The notes: generated by a model from the sequence alone, not told the origin. A DNA stretch of 34,230 nt from Nemertoderma westbladi (GCA_032718475.1 JAUCBJ010001976.1:1-34230); one strand, 5' to 3'. Shown: positions 9,198 through 22,416, counted from the stretch's first letter. Translations and numbers: made by a program.

Positions 9198-9627
9198 CTA
9201 GAACGATTTTTCAGGAATGAAATAAGAATGATAGTGTCCATTACGACACATGTCCATTAATGTGTACAGTAGCGCAATACATTAACTTACTGAATAACAC
9301 TATTCAAATGCTCTCAAAAGAGGAATTGTGGAATTTTATTCTTAGAGTTTAGGATACTTAAAGGCTACATTAAAAATTCATAATCTTCATGGAAATTTGA
9401 AATTTTAATAAATAATTTGAAAGCGGCACAACATACTATGAATGCAATAAGGTTGTTGAACGAGTGTCCAACAACACCTTAACATTACTAAACTTTAAAA
9501 CACTTTATTATAATTTTCACTGCACAATATTGTCTTCCTTGAAATGAATGAAACTATATTACCTACCTATATATATGTAAGGGCTCCGTCATAAGTTATT
9601 AAATAGGTGGAATATATGATAAACTAC

Positions 9628-9801
9628 CTGGTTTTTTAACTGCCTATCAAACGCATCATGTTTTTGCTGCAGCAACCTCTCCTCTCGCTTATTCGTTTTA
9701 ACAGTATCTTCTTTGAACTCACTTCTCTCTGTTTTAACACCAGCATCAGATGACTTCCTCAGTCCAGAAGCTCTCGGAGGTCCCAGGGTATAAGCAGCCA
9801 T
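9628..9801 (-). CDS. Possible host coding exon (MAAYTLGPPRAS...DRQLKNQ), unknown product
   Basis: GC-richer island in AT-rich DNA encoding a natural-looking charged peptide; ends at a CAG|GTAGTT donor in phase 0. Confidence 0.4.
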
Positions 9802-10690
9802 TCAAATTAATTACTATTAGTTTATACCATTGTTTGAAAGTAATTAAGTTTAATTAATTGTTTTATTCCATTACTTAATGATTTCACGCTGTATAAATTT
9901 ACCCAATTTGGAAGTTTGGTTTCCCTTATTGACTATTACTTACAAAAAATATTAATACTAACAAGGAAAGGCCATACAATTTCCTTTGTTATTGGTATTA
10001 AATGTTGTTTAAATTTTTTTTGGGCATTTATGAGATACGTAGTTGTACATTTAGATCAGTAAAATGTTTACCATACTAATAGTGAGTGTATTATTATTAT
10101 ATTGTATGTTAAGTTGGGTAGTATGGTTTTGAGTGGTGATGTTATATGCCAACTTTTATGACTACTATGATGTATTTATAATTAATCTTCACCTTGAGGT
10201 TCTCACAATTATATATGGCACATTCATGGCCGAAGGATTTATTTGAATAGCTCTGGCTACACTGACCCACAATTATAATACATTTTTAGACTTATATGTT
10301 TGTAATTAGTCAAAGTATTAGGAAATATATACCAAATATATATGGCCAATGAGTGTGTTATACACTTGGTTGCACTTGCATTATTCCGATGTTTTATAAT
10401 TACATTCGCGAATAAAGGCTAAAGGTAATTAAATAAGAGTATTAAACTCGATTCGGATTATCCTATGGATAATATTGATATCCACCATGCTACCTATGTA
10501 TTGTATTCATACATAAATTTCCTATATGTAAGACCTCTTATAACCAACGATGGTGTCAATATAATGTATAAGTCACAATAACCTCAGTTTAAATTCCTAC
10601 CTGACACTGTATATCTAACCTAATAACATTGATATCCATCATAATATAATATAATGTATTGTATTCATACATACATTTTGATTGTAGGGC

Positions 10691-10828
10691 CTTATCGCCC
10701 CTTGCACCTTTATCGCCCCTCCTGGTCCTTATCGCCCCCTGGGAACTTATCGCCCCTCAAATCGTCCTTCATCGCCCCGGGGTCTTTATCGCCCCTGGGG
10801 CTTTATCGCGCCTGGTAACTTATCCCCA
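10691..10828. repeat. Minisatellite, 7-8 copies of TTATCGCCCC with ~17-21 bp period
   Basis: Core visible at about 10691, 10709, 10728, 10746, 10767, 10785, 10802, and partially at 10819. Confidence 0.85.
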
Positions 10829-10860
10829 CTGTGACAAATATGAATTTTGAATGTGAGTAG

Positions 10861-11150
10861 CGTTGGTATTGGTATTGGTGTTGTTTATTAGTGTCATAAG
10901 AGTATGTATCCATATACTGTAGTTAAATTACAAGACACATGACATACATTGAATTGCCTAAGTAGGCCTATAAATGTTATAAATAAAAACAATATGTTAT
11001 AAAATATGTTATAAATAGAGTATTTTAAAATCATTAATAATTAAACTACATGTATACTGGCATAGGTAAAATTGGAATAATATGTTCAAAGGTCCAGTGC
11101 AAAAAATACATTAAAATAAATCGAGTTGATTAAAATAGTAACATTTAGGC
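10861..11150 (-). mobile_element. LINE 3' end (AATAAA plus (CCAATA)n-type microsatellite tail)
   Basis: Minus strand ends AATAAACAACACCAATACCAATACCAACG, a typical non-LTR tail. Which element owns it is unclear. Confidence 0.45.
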
Positions 11151-11183
11151 TCAGTAAGCTAGGGTATGCCTGTACGACGTCAA

Positions 11184-11304
11184 GGGTGATCTTCCACAGT
11201 AAACCCTTCCACTCTGTTTCTTAAAAGAATGCTTGTTCACCATCAAGGGTGATCTTCCACAGTACACCCTTCCACTCTGTTTCCTAAAGGAATGCCTGTT
11301 CACC
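11184..11304. repeat. 121-bp direct repeat, left copy (itself ~2 x 63 bp)
   Basis: Matches 13456-13576 with 2 mismatches; CAAGGGTGATCTTCCACAG occurs at 11181 and 11244. Confidence 0.95.
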
Positions 11305-13455
11305 TACTAGGATCGGCATGCTGCATTGCAGCTGCATTTTTAAGAATGCTGTGCCGGCCGGCTTGTCAACAAAATTGCACCGCCACAACTCCCTATGACC
11401 CATGAAATTTGCTAGATCATCCGCATCTTTAAGGCCAGTGTCCTTTAAGATGCGTCTCAAGAAAGTCATGGGCTGTCCACCATGCTTATTCACTCCATGA
11501 GGCTGCCAAAGTACAAGATTATGCACTGGCTGGTCCTCACGGCGAAAGCAATGTCCTGCAAAGCGGAGGCGATTTTGTTGTAGTGTCAAGCTTGGGGGAA
11601 CCAATGAGACACCTCCAATGTTATATAGTGTATGGTTGGAGATGTGTGCATTGTACTTGACACAATGAACCCGGCGTAGCATTCTTGTGAATGTGCCATC
11701 CAGAGATTTGGTGTCCTCAGCAGTTAGAGCCCAGCATGGACTCCCGTAGAGGAGTACTGGAACTACTGCTGCTCTAAATAATCGGACCTTAAGTTTCCGA
11801 TTAATTCTAGGTGACTTCCAAATCCTGGAAAGCCTATTCAAGGCTGCCCATGCCTTTCCCTTACGTATTCGAAGGTCCTCACCTGACTTCCGGATCCATG
11901 ATCCCAGGTAACAGAAGTCGTCCACATGCTCAAGCATACCATCCTTTGAGCTTATGCTCATCCGATCAGAGACTTGCTGAGGACTTTCAAAGTTAACTGT
12001 CAGAATTTTGGTCTTGCTGGAGTTAATAAAAAGACCAACACTAGAAGCAGCATGTTCTAATGAGCTGAGGAGCCGTTGGACTCCCTCTAATGATTCTGAG
12101 AGTACTCCTAAGTCATCAGCAAAGTCTAGATCAGTTAGGTACTTGGCAGGATTTCCTCGACTTCTGGAGCCAGTAGGTGGAGTTATCATCACCCCATCAT
12201 CATTATGATGATCTAAGGACATGCGTAGAACATAGTCAACCACAATAATGAACAAGAATGGTGCAAGTGTGTCTCCTTGGAGGACGCCCCATAACACTTC
12301 AAATGGTTCTGTGTCACCGTCAATAGTAGACACAAATGTTGTCGAACCATCGCATACAGATCTGATTGCTGCAATAATTTCATCAGGAATCCCATATAAT
12401 GAAAGTATGCTGAACATCGTGACCGAGAGACTGAATCAAAGGCCATGAAGAATTCAACAAAGATAACAGCCAGATGCCTATCTTTCTTTTTTTATAATTC
12501 TTCAATTATCCTTCTAAGTGCCAAAATGGGCTCCATGGTCCCACGACCTTTACGGAACCCATTCTGATTTCCACGGAGCAGTCTCTCAATGGGATCCCTG
12601 ATGCGATTTAATAGAATCCTATTGTATAGCTTTGCAGCAATCGAGATCAATGAGATTCCCCGAAAAGAACCATAGAGTGTTAGGTTGCCCTTCTTGGGAA
12701 CTGGCACCAACTTATTTGTTTTCATTTCTTGTGGGATTCTTGTTGTTCGGTACATGTCTACTATGATGGGATAGATGAGCTTTAAACACTCAGGTATTTT
12801 AAAGACCTCAGGGGGAACACCATCTACTCCACTGGCACGATTGGTCATAATGCTCTTTGCAGCAGCCTTCACTTCTGCAAAGGAGATATCGCCAATGGGA
12901 ATATCTGGGAGTACAGACTCAGACACTTTTACTTCTATAAAGTTATCAGGCAATACCCTGTCATTATTGAGGAGCTTTTCAAAGTGGGCTTTCCAACCAT
13001 TGAGGCGATCGGCTGGTGATTAAGCCTTAACCTTGGTGGTTGGTTGGCTTTTCCACCCAGTAAGCAGATTGATCGATTTCCATGCCTGGGATGATTGCCT
13101 GCTGTCGTCAGCATCATTGATGGCATCAACCTGTTGGTTTATTAGCTCCTGTAGATTAACAGAGTACTGCCTGTTCAGGGACCTAGAGGCAACCTTAACT
13201 GCATTCTTGGCCGCTGTAGTCTGTTTGAGTCGGGACTCTTTCTGCGCCTTATGAAGGTCATTTCGGCACTTCTGAATTTTGTTGTCAGTCCAGGGGGCCC
13301 TTTTCCTGTTTCGAGGGTATACAGGAACTGTTTCTGCAGCTGCTAACTTAATTGCTTCTGTAAAGGCAGTATAGCCCTCACAGTGATCTGCCGCCTCAGA
13401 GGCAAGAGCCTCATACCTGTTGCTCAGCTGTAGTGTGAAGCTGGTTCGCCACCAT
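11284..13455 (-). mobile_element. RTE-clade non-LTR retrotransposon, 5'-truncated, frameshifted RT pseudogene
   Basis: Three ORF pieces (13020-13455, 12492-12953, 11284-12417) with LQLSNRYEAL, RASGVDGVP, PVPKKG, FRGISL, QNGFRKGR, AFDSV, GVLQGDTLAPFLF, LDFADD, FCYLGS, RLRFAGHCFR. No endonuclease motifs are retained. Confidence 0.9.
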
Positions 13456-13576
13456 GGGTGATCTTCTACAGTAAACCCTTCCACTATGTTTCTTAAAAGA
13501 ATGCTTGTTCACCATCAAGGGTGATCTTCCACAGTACACCCTTCCACTCTGTTTCCTAAAGGAATGCCTGTTCACC
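13456..13576. repeat. 121-bp direct repeat, right copy
   Basis: Same sequence and orientation as 11184-11304. Confidence 0.95.
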
Positions 13577-14022
13577 ACAAAAGTGGAGATCCCTTTGATG
13601 TGAACAATTACAGACCAATAGCGATACTACCCATGTTTAGAAAAATATATGAATGCTTAATTAATACTCAATTACTATCGTACCTGGACCACTACTCACT
13701 ACTAACTGAATGTCAACACGGTTTTCGAAAAAAACGGACAACTACTGATGCAGTTTTGATTACGACCGAAAAATCAGACAATGATGCCTTGATTTCAACA
13801 ATTCAGCTTGCCCCATACCACTTGACCTAAAAAAGCATTCGACACCCTAAACCATAAAATCTTATTAAAAAAGTTTGAATCTTATGGAATAGGAGGAACT
13901 CCACTGAAACTACTCTCAGACTACTTAAAAGCAATCGCTCCCAAGTTGTCACTATAAATAATGTACTCTCAGACCAACTAATCCTTCTCTGCGGTATACC
14001 TCAAGGTTCAAATATCTCGCCA
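13577..14022 (+). pseudogene. CR1/L2-group LINE reverse transcriptase fragment
   Basis: HKSGD, NYRPIAILP, QHGFRKKRTT, then after frameshifts LDLK-AFDTLNHKILL, YGIGG, CGIPQGS. Confidence 0.85.
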
Positions 14023-15239
14023 ATCTCGCCAGTTTATTTGTATGCATTTACTCTATTATAACATTTGTTTTAATAGATTTTTATAAATATTAACTATGTA
14101 ATATTTAAGACGGGCACCGATTTATTCCAGAACTTGTCTGGGGACGTCAACCACTGATTCTAGAGTTTTGTCTTTCAAGTATATCGGTGGGTGCCGCGAT
14201 ATCTTAATCGACTAGAATTACAGATGGTCAAAGGGTTTAACAGATTTATTTTGCGTTGTACGCTACTGTTAAAGGGACATCACGCTACTATCTGTATTAT
14301 TTAATATACGGTATGAGAGCAATATTGTAAGAAGCAATGTCAGTGAGAAGAGGCAAGTCGTTTCCAAGGTCTACCCAGAGCTTGGTTTAGCCGAGACACG
14401 AGGATCTGAACTTTGCATTCCTAATACTCTACTTACCAATAATACTTGAGTATAGTAGGAGCTTTATTGTACTTTAATAAGTACGGATATTTCATCTTAC
14501 TGTAGTCACGCATTTATAATATGATACGGACAGTAAGGAAAGAGAAAAATAATTATTTCTCGCCGTTGCACTAAATATAATATTAAGTAATTAAGTAAAA
14601 AAACGAGTATATATTGCACTAATCTACTAAATAATCGCTAAAATAACATTCTGCTAAATAAAATTAAAGAAAACGATTATAATAAAATTACATAATAATA
14701 CATACATAAATATAAAAATAATAAAAACAAATATAAAATAATATAGTCACACACCCACTCCAGACGCTGTTACGTTGGGGAGTCCCTAGACGGTCAGGGC
14801 CCTAAACCGATTAGGTTCTCTGTTCGCAGAACACCGAACACTATTCCGGCCACGGAACTAGTCCAGCAGAATGCCTTTATAGAATCCTGGGATTTGGGGG
14901 ACGAGAGGATCTCAGCAACTAAGCGAAAACGAACAATAGGATGTTCCTAGACCCCCCCCAAAATTTATCTAGAAGACGTTTTCCCATATACATTACGTTT
15001 CAAAAGTCTACGGTTCTCCGGCTAGGGCCAATTTGAGTCAAAAAGTCAGCTTCCCTAGCAACCTCGTTGCTATGGAGATAAGTCCAGAACCGCTAATGCT
15101 ACGGTCTTGGGACCGGCGCCAAACTGTAGGCAGCATATGGGTTTACCTTCACAACCTTTTTTTTGGAGCGATCAGATCATGATCTTGACCATGATCAGCA
15201 AAGATCAGTTTTGATCAGCAATCGGACACTCAAGGCTTG

Positions 15240-16500
15240 CTCCAATCGAAAAACTTAACATTACAAAAAGATTCAGCGACCCCACATTAGTCATGATTCC
15301 CGTTAAAAGATTTTCAAAAAAGTGAATTCTTCCTGGTCAAAACGCAAGATCATGATCGCGCAAAGATCGGATGTCGTAAAATCGTAACTAAGCATTTTGG
15401 ATATAAACAATTACTGTAGGAAACGTTCAGAACACCGCCCTGAGTCGATTAAAAAAAAAATTGGCTCGATCGGACAGCCGGTTCTCGAGATCTGATACCT
15501 GATCATTAAAGATCATATTTTTTGGTTATTTCCAATTTTCTCGAAAACTTTGTTTGAGACCCCCGATTTTTTTTTTACGAATCGACTTCTATGGTGAAGG
15601 GGCAACTTTTGAGCATTTCGAAATTTTCAAAAAGCGATTTGATCAGGCCGCGATCAGAAAAGATCGTGTTTTTGGTTTTATTTCAAAGACCAAGTCCTGG
15701 GAGTTCACCGTATGGAAAAACTTAACATCACAAAAAGATTCCTCACCCTCGAATTAGGGGGGGTAGCCAAAATTTTGGCATAAAAAAGTTCAAGTCTAGT
15801 GGGTCAAAACTCAAGATCATGATCGCGAAAAGATCAGCGTATTTAAAATCGAATCTAAGCATTTTTTAAATAAACATTCATTGTAAGAAATGTTCAATGG
15901 TCTATTCTGAGTTGATTTAAAAAAAATTGGCTCGATCGGTCAACCGGTTCTCGAGATCTGATACCTGATCATTAAAGATCATATTTTTCGGTTTTTTCCA
16001 ATTTTCTCGAAAACTTTGTTTGAGACCCCCGATTTTTTTTTTACTAATCGACTTCTATTAAGAAGGGGAAACTTTTAAGCATTTCGAAATTTTCAAAAAG
16101 CGATTTGATCAGGCCATGATCAGGAAAGATCATGTTTTCGGTTTTATTTCGAAGACCAAGTCCTGTGAGTTCACCGTATGAAAAAACTTAACATTACAAA
16201 AAGATTCCTCACCCTCGAATTAGGGGGGGTAGCCAAAATTTGACCATAAAAAAGTTCAATTCTAGGGGGTCAAAAGATCATGATCGCGAAATGATCAGTT
16301 TTTTCGAAATTACTTCTGAGCATTTTGGGGCAAAACTTTCAAACTAAAAAACATTCACTGGAGTGTTCTAAGTAGATTAAAAAAAATTTCGACTCAATAG
16401 GCCTACCGGTACCGGAGATATGGTCGTCCAAAGTCTGCTTCCGGTAATTCGAAATTATTTCGAAAACCCTAGATCGAATTTTTTTCTTGAAAAAATGTGA
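15240..16500. repeat. GATC-rich tandem repeat, ~2.7 copies of a 461-467 bp unit; probably the interior of a non-autonomous DNA element spanning ~14.8-16.8 kb
   Basis: GATCATGATCGCG at 15348, 15815, 16276; TTGGCTCGATCGG at 15461, 15927; AACTTAACATYACAAAAAGATTC near 15252, 15719, 16185. Confidence 0.85.
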
Positions 16501-17576
16501 ATGTACAGTTAGTAAACCCGCATCTAACGATATATCACAATCCATATTTCGGATGACAGGTACCGGTGAAATCAGACTTTACCGAAAAAAATTTAAATTT
16601 TAGGTACTCATGTCTGACTATCTCGAAAACTATAACAGGTATGGAAATACCTTCACTGCAAGAAATGTTCGCCTATCCAATGCGCTTCAAACTCTGTGCT
16701 CGGATTTTGCATAGTGTCAAAACCTACAACTTAACCCCCCCAGCGGAGGGAACGGAGTGACCGGAGCGCCAGTACTATCTTTCATTATTATATAGTAATA
16801 AGGGTGGTGGGTGGGGTAGGTGGTGAATACTATTTATAGGGTGGAGGGAGGGTCTAGTATATTACTTTAGGATATTTGATTTCTTTGCAATATAGTTTAG
16901 CTGCCTCAGTCTTATTTGTAATATGTTATACATTATACCAAATTATATCAAGTTTAACATATTACATTGTCTACCTGTAGGAGAAATATACAATGTAGGG
17001 CTCATAATATATTTATAAATAGATTTAGTATATTTACATTGTATAACAGAGTGAATTGATACTATTACGGTATTATAGTAAAGATTCCGCTTTGATATAT
17101 CTGATCAAAAGGCAATTTCTGGTAAATTATTTATTTCACTATCTTGGGTATATCATTCAATTTCTAAAACTATAATAATAAACATTTACTTCACTTCTTG
17201 TTTACTCGCATGGATATATTGATATAAAACACATCAGTATAATATCTTATAGGGCCAAACGCAGATTAATCGGAATAATATGTTTAATTAATTATTATTA
17301 CAATTGGCACATTGAAGTAAGTAGTACATGAGTTTGATAAAATAATTATGAATCCGTATCTTATTCTACTTTGTCTATATGGTTATGTTATATAATAATG
17401 TTACTTTATCACTTTGGTTTAAACTCATCTCCTTTATAACTACTTACTACCACTACTAACTACTATTACTACTACTACTGACTACTGCAGAGTTAGGTGT
17501 ATATTATAAGAGGATGGGGTTCGCGATTATTACTTATTATACTAGTGCCCCTCGGCTATAGAGAGTCCACCCTCGG

Positions 17577-19871
17577 TTACTTACTGGATGTTTGTTGGAT
17601 TAGGGAGGTGGTCGTGGGAAGAGTATCTTGCCTTCCATAGTTTCCGGATAGTTCTCTGTCTCTTTCCAGTAAACATAAACGACCAACTGGGCGATTGAGT
17701 TGCTGCGTTTCGAATACAATTCCAGGTTTCTTAAAGTTACGTCGCATGACGACGAGTTCTACCGATCGCACTAAACCATCATCGGAGATATGAGTCTCGA
17801 TGATACGACCTGTCTGCCACCGCTTACGTGGAAGATCTGATTCCACAATAAGGACCATGTCTCCGGCGCTGACATTTTCTTGCTGCGCAAACCACTTGGT
17901 TCGAAGTTGTAGCGTAGGCAGATAATGTTTTTCGAAATGGTCAGCGAAACGACGGGATAATAACTGCATAAGTTGCCAAGTTTGTCGGCAGTATTCGTCT
18001 CCGTCCGTGATTTCCGATCGTGGGAGCATGGCTACAGGTTTCTTCAGTGGGAAGTGCGCGGGTGTTAGCGCTTCCAGGGAGTCGGGACTCGATGAGACTG
18101 GCATAAGCGGTCTCTCGTTAAGATAGGCGGCGATTTCTTCCATTAACGTCCGCAAAAGTTCGTCGGTGAGATACGCGCGGCACGGCACTATAAAGTGAAA
18201 TGCGGTCTTCACGCTCCTTATTAATCTCTCCCAACTTCCTCCCCACCAAGGGGCGTCGGCGGCGTTGAAGGTCCAGCTAGAAGCTGTTACCCTTAGCTGT
18301 TCGTCCACCTGTCTTTGGTTCCAATCTTTGACGTAAGCCTTAATTTCATTGTTGGCACCAATGAAGTTCGTCCCCTTATCAGATCTCATCGTGTTGCTAG
18401 TTCCAAAGCGAGCGATCTGTCGGCGTAAGATCAGTATGAAGCTGTTGGTAGATAGATCATTCACCATATCGAGATGGATAGCTCTATAAGTCATACAGAC
18501 AAAGATGACACACTATCTCTTGACTATAGTCCTAGCACAATATACTTCAATAGGGCCAAATAAATCCACACCGGTATTTGTGAAGGGTGGTTCATAGAAG
18601 CTTACTCGTTCCCTAGGTAATTCTGCCTCTCGCTGTGTTAAAGGCCTACTGAATGCTTTCCTACAGGGTATACAGTTCCTAAGAACTTGGTTCAGAGCTC
18701 TACGGGGTTTATGAAAATAATAGCGAGTTCGAATTTCGCTAAGAACTCGTTCTCTACCAGCATGGTAAAGCTTGCTGTGAACATCTACAATCATCTTGAT
18801 TTGTATTTCAAGATTTCTAATGAGTATGGGGAACTTAGTGTCAAAGGATAATGGAGCATTAGTTAGTCTCCCTCCAACACGTATCAACCCATCTATCATT
18901 GTGCTAGAGAAACGATCCCTTAAGCGCATCTGTGGATTTCTCAACAACAGGAAATACTTATCGGAATATTCATAGCATTGCAGGAGTCTCAGTATCTGCT
19001 TATTGGTTTCTTCATGCTCCTGGTAACTGATCTTCTCCGTCAGAAACTTATCTGATACTTTGTATTTGGGAAGATCTTTAATAGCATGGACCTGCTCGGA
19101 TGTCAGTGGAGCAGTATCACTAGCGATCTTCGTCCGGGAGTAGTGATGATGAAAGCATCGCTTTAAATACACGACGGCCTTACAAAGCTGATTCCAGGAG
19201 CTATAGTGATTTATCGCTCTCTGCAGGAGAGGTGAGAGTCCCTGCGAGACATCTGGTGTTCCAGATTTCCAGTCTCTCTCTCTGATTTCCACAACAGACT
19301 TATTTGTGGCAAGGGAGTTTAGATCCACAGCGTCGTCCCCGGAAATGTGTAGTACAGACAGATCTATCATGGGTTTAAATAACTTTGATTTACTCGTCCG
19401 GGTTTTGGGTTTGACTTTCTCCGCTCCCTTGGCTTGTCTAATCTCAGCCGTGGTGAGATGAGGAGGCCATTCATCCTCTTCTTTACTTAGGAAGTCGGGT
19501 CCACCTAACCAGTCTGGAGTATCTATCAGTTCTTGAGGAGTTGCTCCTCTGGAGGCGATGTCGGCTGGATTAATCGTCCCAGGGCAATGTCTCCATTGAT
19601 CTACATTAGTGCGACTAAGTATAATGGCTACTCTGTTGGTAACGAAGACGCTGAACTGACAGACTTCATTGGTTATATACTCCAAAACGAGTAAAGCATC
19701 AGTCCAATAGACAGTTTTCTCCAGTGGATAGTCGATCTGTTCTGTTACATTCCGGCTGATGGCTGTAGCGTATAGAGCCGCCTTTAACTCCGCTCGAGGA
19801 ACTCGTAGCTTGTTGTTTATCAAGGCCTTAGAGGTAACCAAGGCAACTTTGATTCCATTCGAGAGTTTCAA
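17577..19871 (-). pseudogene. pol: RNase H C-terminal half and integrase of element 2
   Basis: VPRAEL, YWTDA, FVTNRV, NPADIASRG, RVGGRL, H-SKLY-H...CIPC, GVDLFGP, in-frame TAG at 18513-18515, RSDKGTNF, GSWERLI, LNERPL, DGLVRSV. Confidence 0.93.
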
Positions 19872-22416
19872 CTCTCAGGTAGGCTACTATACCTATTCCC
19901 ATATCGCTAGCGTCTCCAAACTCATGGAGTTGATAGGAATACGTGGGGAGAACGTGACCAAAATATGAACGGGAAATCGTAAAGTTCTCGATGGATGGTA
20001 GAGAATCTTCCCATTTCATCCACTTCTTTAGTAGTTCTCCCTTAAGTGGATTGTCCCACGAGTGGTTTTCCAGCCACATTTGTTGCACTAAGCTCCGAGC
20101 AACCAATATAACTGGGCTAATAAATCCCAATGGATCGAAATAAGTGCTCAGGATACTTAGACAAATCCGTTTAGTTCGAACTGGATTATCTCGCTGTTTT
20201 AGCTGGAAAAACAGGATATCTCTCTCCGTGTCCCATTTCAAACCAAGCGTCTTGGTTTCCGGAAGATCGTCCTTGATAAGGTCCAGATCTTTAACCCCTC
20301 GGTCTTCTACCGGGATCGATTCCAGAAACTCACGGGAGTTACTTATGAATTTGGTTAGTCGAAATGCACCGCGTTTCAAACACTCTACCGTTCCCTTGGC
20401 GACATCAATGGCTTCTTCCACCGATGGGAGGGACTTTAAATTGTCGTCCATGTATATATCCCATTTGATGTTGTCGATAACTGCTTTAGAGAAGGCGTCT
20501 CGGTTGTCATCAGCAGTGGTACGCACTACTGAACAAGCGTTCGAGGGGCTCGAGATGATCCCAAAATCCTGGATGGTCATCCAGTACTCCACCGGTTTTT
20601 GGATGAGGTCTCCTTCAGGCCACCACAGAAATCGTAGGCTGTCTCGATCCCTATCCAGCGCCTTAACTTGTAAGAACATGCCTTCTATATCCGAGGCGAA
20701 AGCGATAGAATATTGCCGTAATCTTAAGAGTATTCCCAACAAGGATTGTAGTAAGTTGGGTCCCGGCAACAACTCAGAGTTAAGGGATTGGCCCATGTAA
20801 AGGGCGGAGCCGTCGAATACTACCCGGACTTCGTTGGGTTTACCGGGTTTGGGAACGTAATGATGTGTTAGATAATACGTTCTCTCAGTTATGGGTGTTT
20901 CTCCCGGTACTCGCTCCGCGTATCCCTTATTGATGAATTTCTTCAGCTGGGTCTTATACATCTCTTTAGCTGAAGCATTGGCCGTAAGACGCTGATATAG
21001 TTGCGCGATTCTCTTCTCCGCGAAGGGTCGGTTATTTATAAAGTTGGGTTCTTGCCGTCGGAATGGAAGACCAATCTCATACCTACCTTGATCTTTAAGA
21101 AAACGTGTAGTCGTTTCCTGGATCTGCTTGGCTCTTTCCTCCTCGACAGATAGAGCCTTGTTGTAGGAATTAGGCTCTACAGCTTCTTGAGTAAAGATTC
21201 GTACGGCGTGTTCATCGCGAATCTTATCGTTGTATCGATCTATCACCTCATTTAGCTCGTCGTTGTAGTCGAATTGTCCGCCATGATTGATGAGATGGCA
21301 CAGGTGCACTTGGTTTCTCCAAGCTTCACTTTCGGTGAGGAGGTCGATTGTATTTTCCTCGTCAAATAATTGGGTAATATCGTCGTTATCTGAGGAGTAT
21401 GGTGTTCCCTCAGGTGTGGTCTCTCCCTCACTGATTTCTTCTTCCCATTCACTCACCTGATGTATGTGGTCGGAAGGTAATCTTTCCATGAGTGTTCTAC
21501 GGGAAGGTCCAGTGAAGTACCAACCTACTCTTGTTCTTCCCACATATGTTTGTAATGGTTGCGGTCGAGCAGGCCGTTTTTCTAATATCTCAAGCGCCTC
21601 ATGCACATTTTGGCCTATCAATATCTGCACCCCTGGGTAGTCAGTGTTGAATCTAGGGATATCATGCTGCTGGGTAAAATCGTCTTCATCCCAGGTGTAA
21701 GGTTCTATTTGGCTGGTAGCAAAGTTCTTTATCGCCACCATTTTTACTGACCTTATGCTGTGTTCTCCTAGTTCGTCCTGGGGAGTGGACAACGCGCCTA
21801 CATAGTAGTCTGTAGCTACTGTGGATTTCCAAACCTGCATAATTCCTGAAAGGTTCAACTTAGTTCAGAACTTGGGTTGTCCAGCAAAGATATCTTCGGC
21901 TAGTTCTTTGTCGATGAATGTTCCTGTGCTGCCGGAGTCTAGGAGGGCGTTTACTATAAAACTCTTTCCTGGCCCATGGACTCTCAGCTGAACTACGGGG
22001 AATTCCCGAATTCCGACGTTGGAAGTTGGCGCTTTCCAAGATGGTTGTCGGTCCGGAATATTCGATTGGACTTCATTATCAGTCTCAGTCTCATACGTAA
22101 GCGCTCGATACACCGCGGTGTTTATCATATAACAGGATTCGTTTTCATCGGAGAATTCGTCCGTGTAAAATCCTTCCATCTCAGAGCTGTGGTCAGTGTC
22201 GTTCACATCACTGAATTGGACATGTAGTTCGGACTCACTTACCTGACTCGGGCTGGTTCTTTCAAATTCGGTGTGCAGCAAGATATGATGTTTCACGCCG
22301 CACTTAGCACACCTCGCATCGGAGTAACAGGTTCGCCGTTGGTGTCCTTGTCTGAGACAATTATAACACAACCGCTTATCCCACATGACATCACATCTAT
22401 CTTTTAGGACATACAC
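19828..22416 (-). pseudogene. pol: Zn knuckles, aspartic protease, RT and RNase H start of element 2
   Basis: CYNCLRQGHQRRTC, CAKCGVKHHILLH, ALLDSGST, in-frame TGA at 21865-21867, ILIG, YYLTHH, RVVFDGS, DIEGMFLQV, YMDD, FDPLG, HEFGDAS; frameshift near 19860. Confidence 0.93.

Noticed and set aside
10691-10828. Mini-CRISPR or the 63-aa ORF 10659-10850
   Set aside because: Spacers are only 6-11 nt, and the ORF is just a translation of the repeat.
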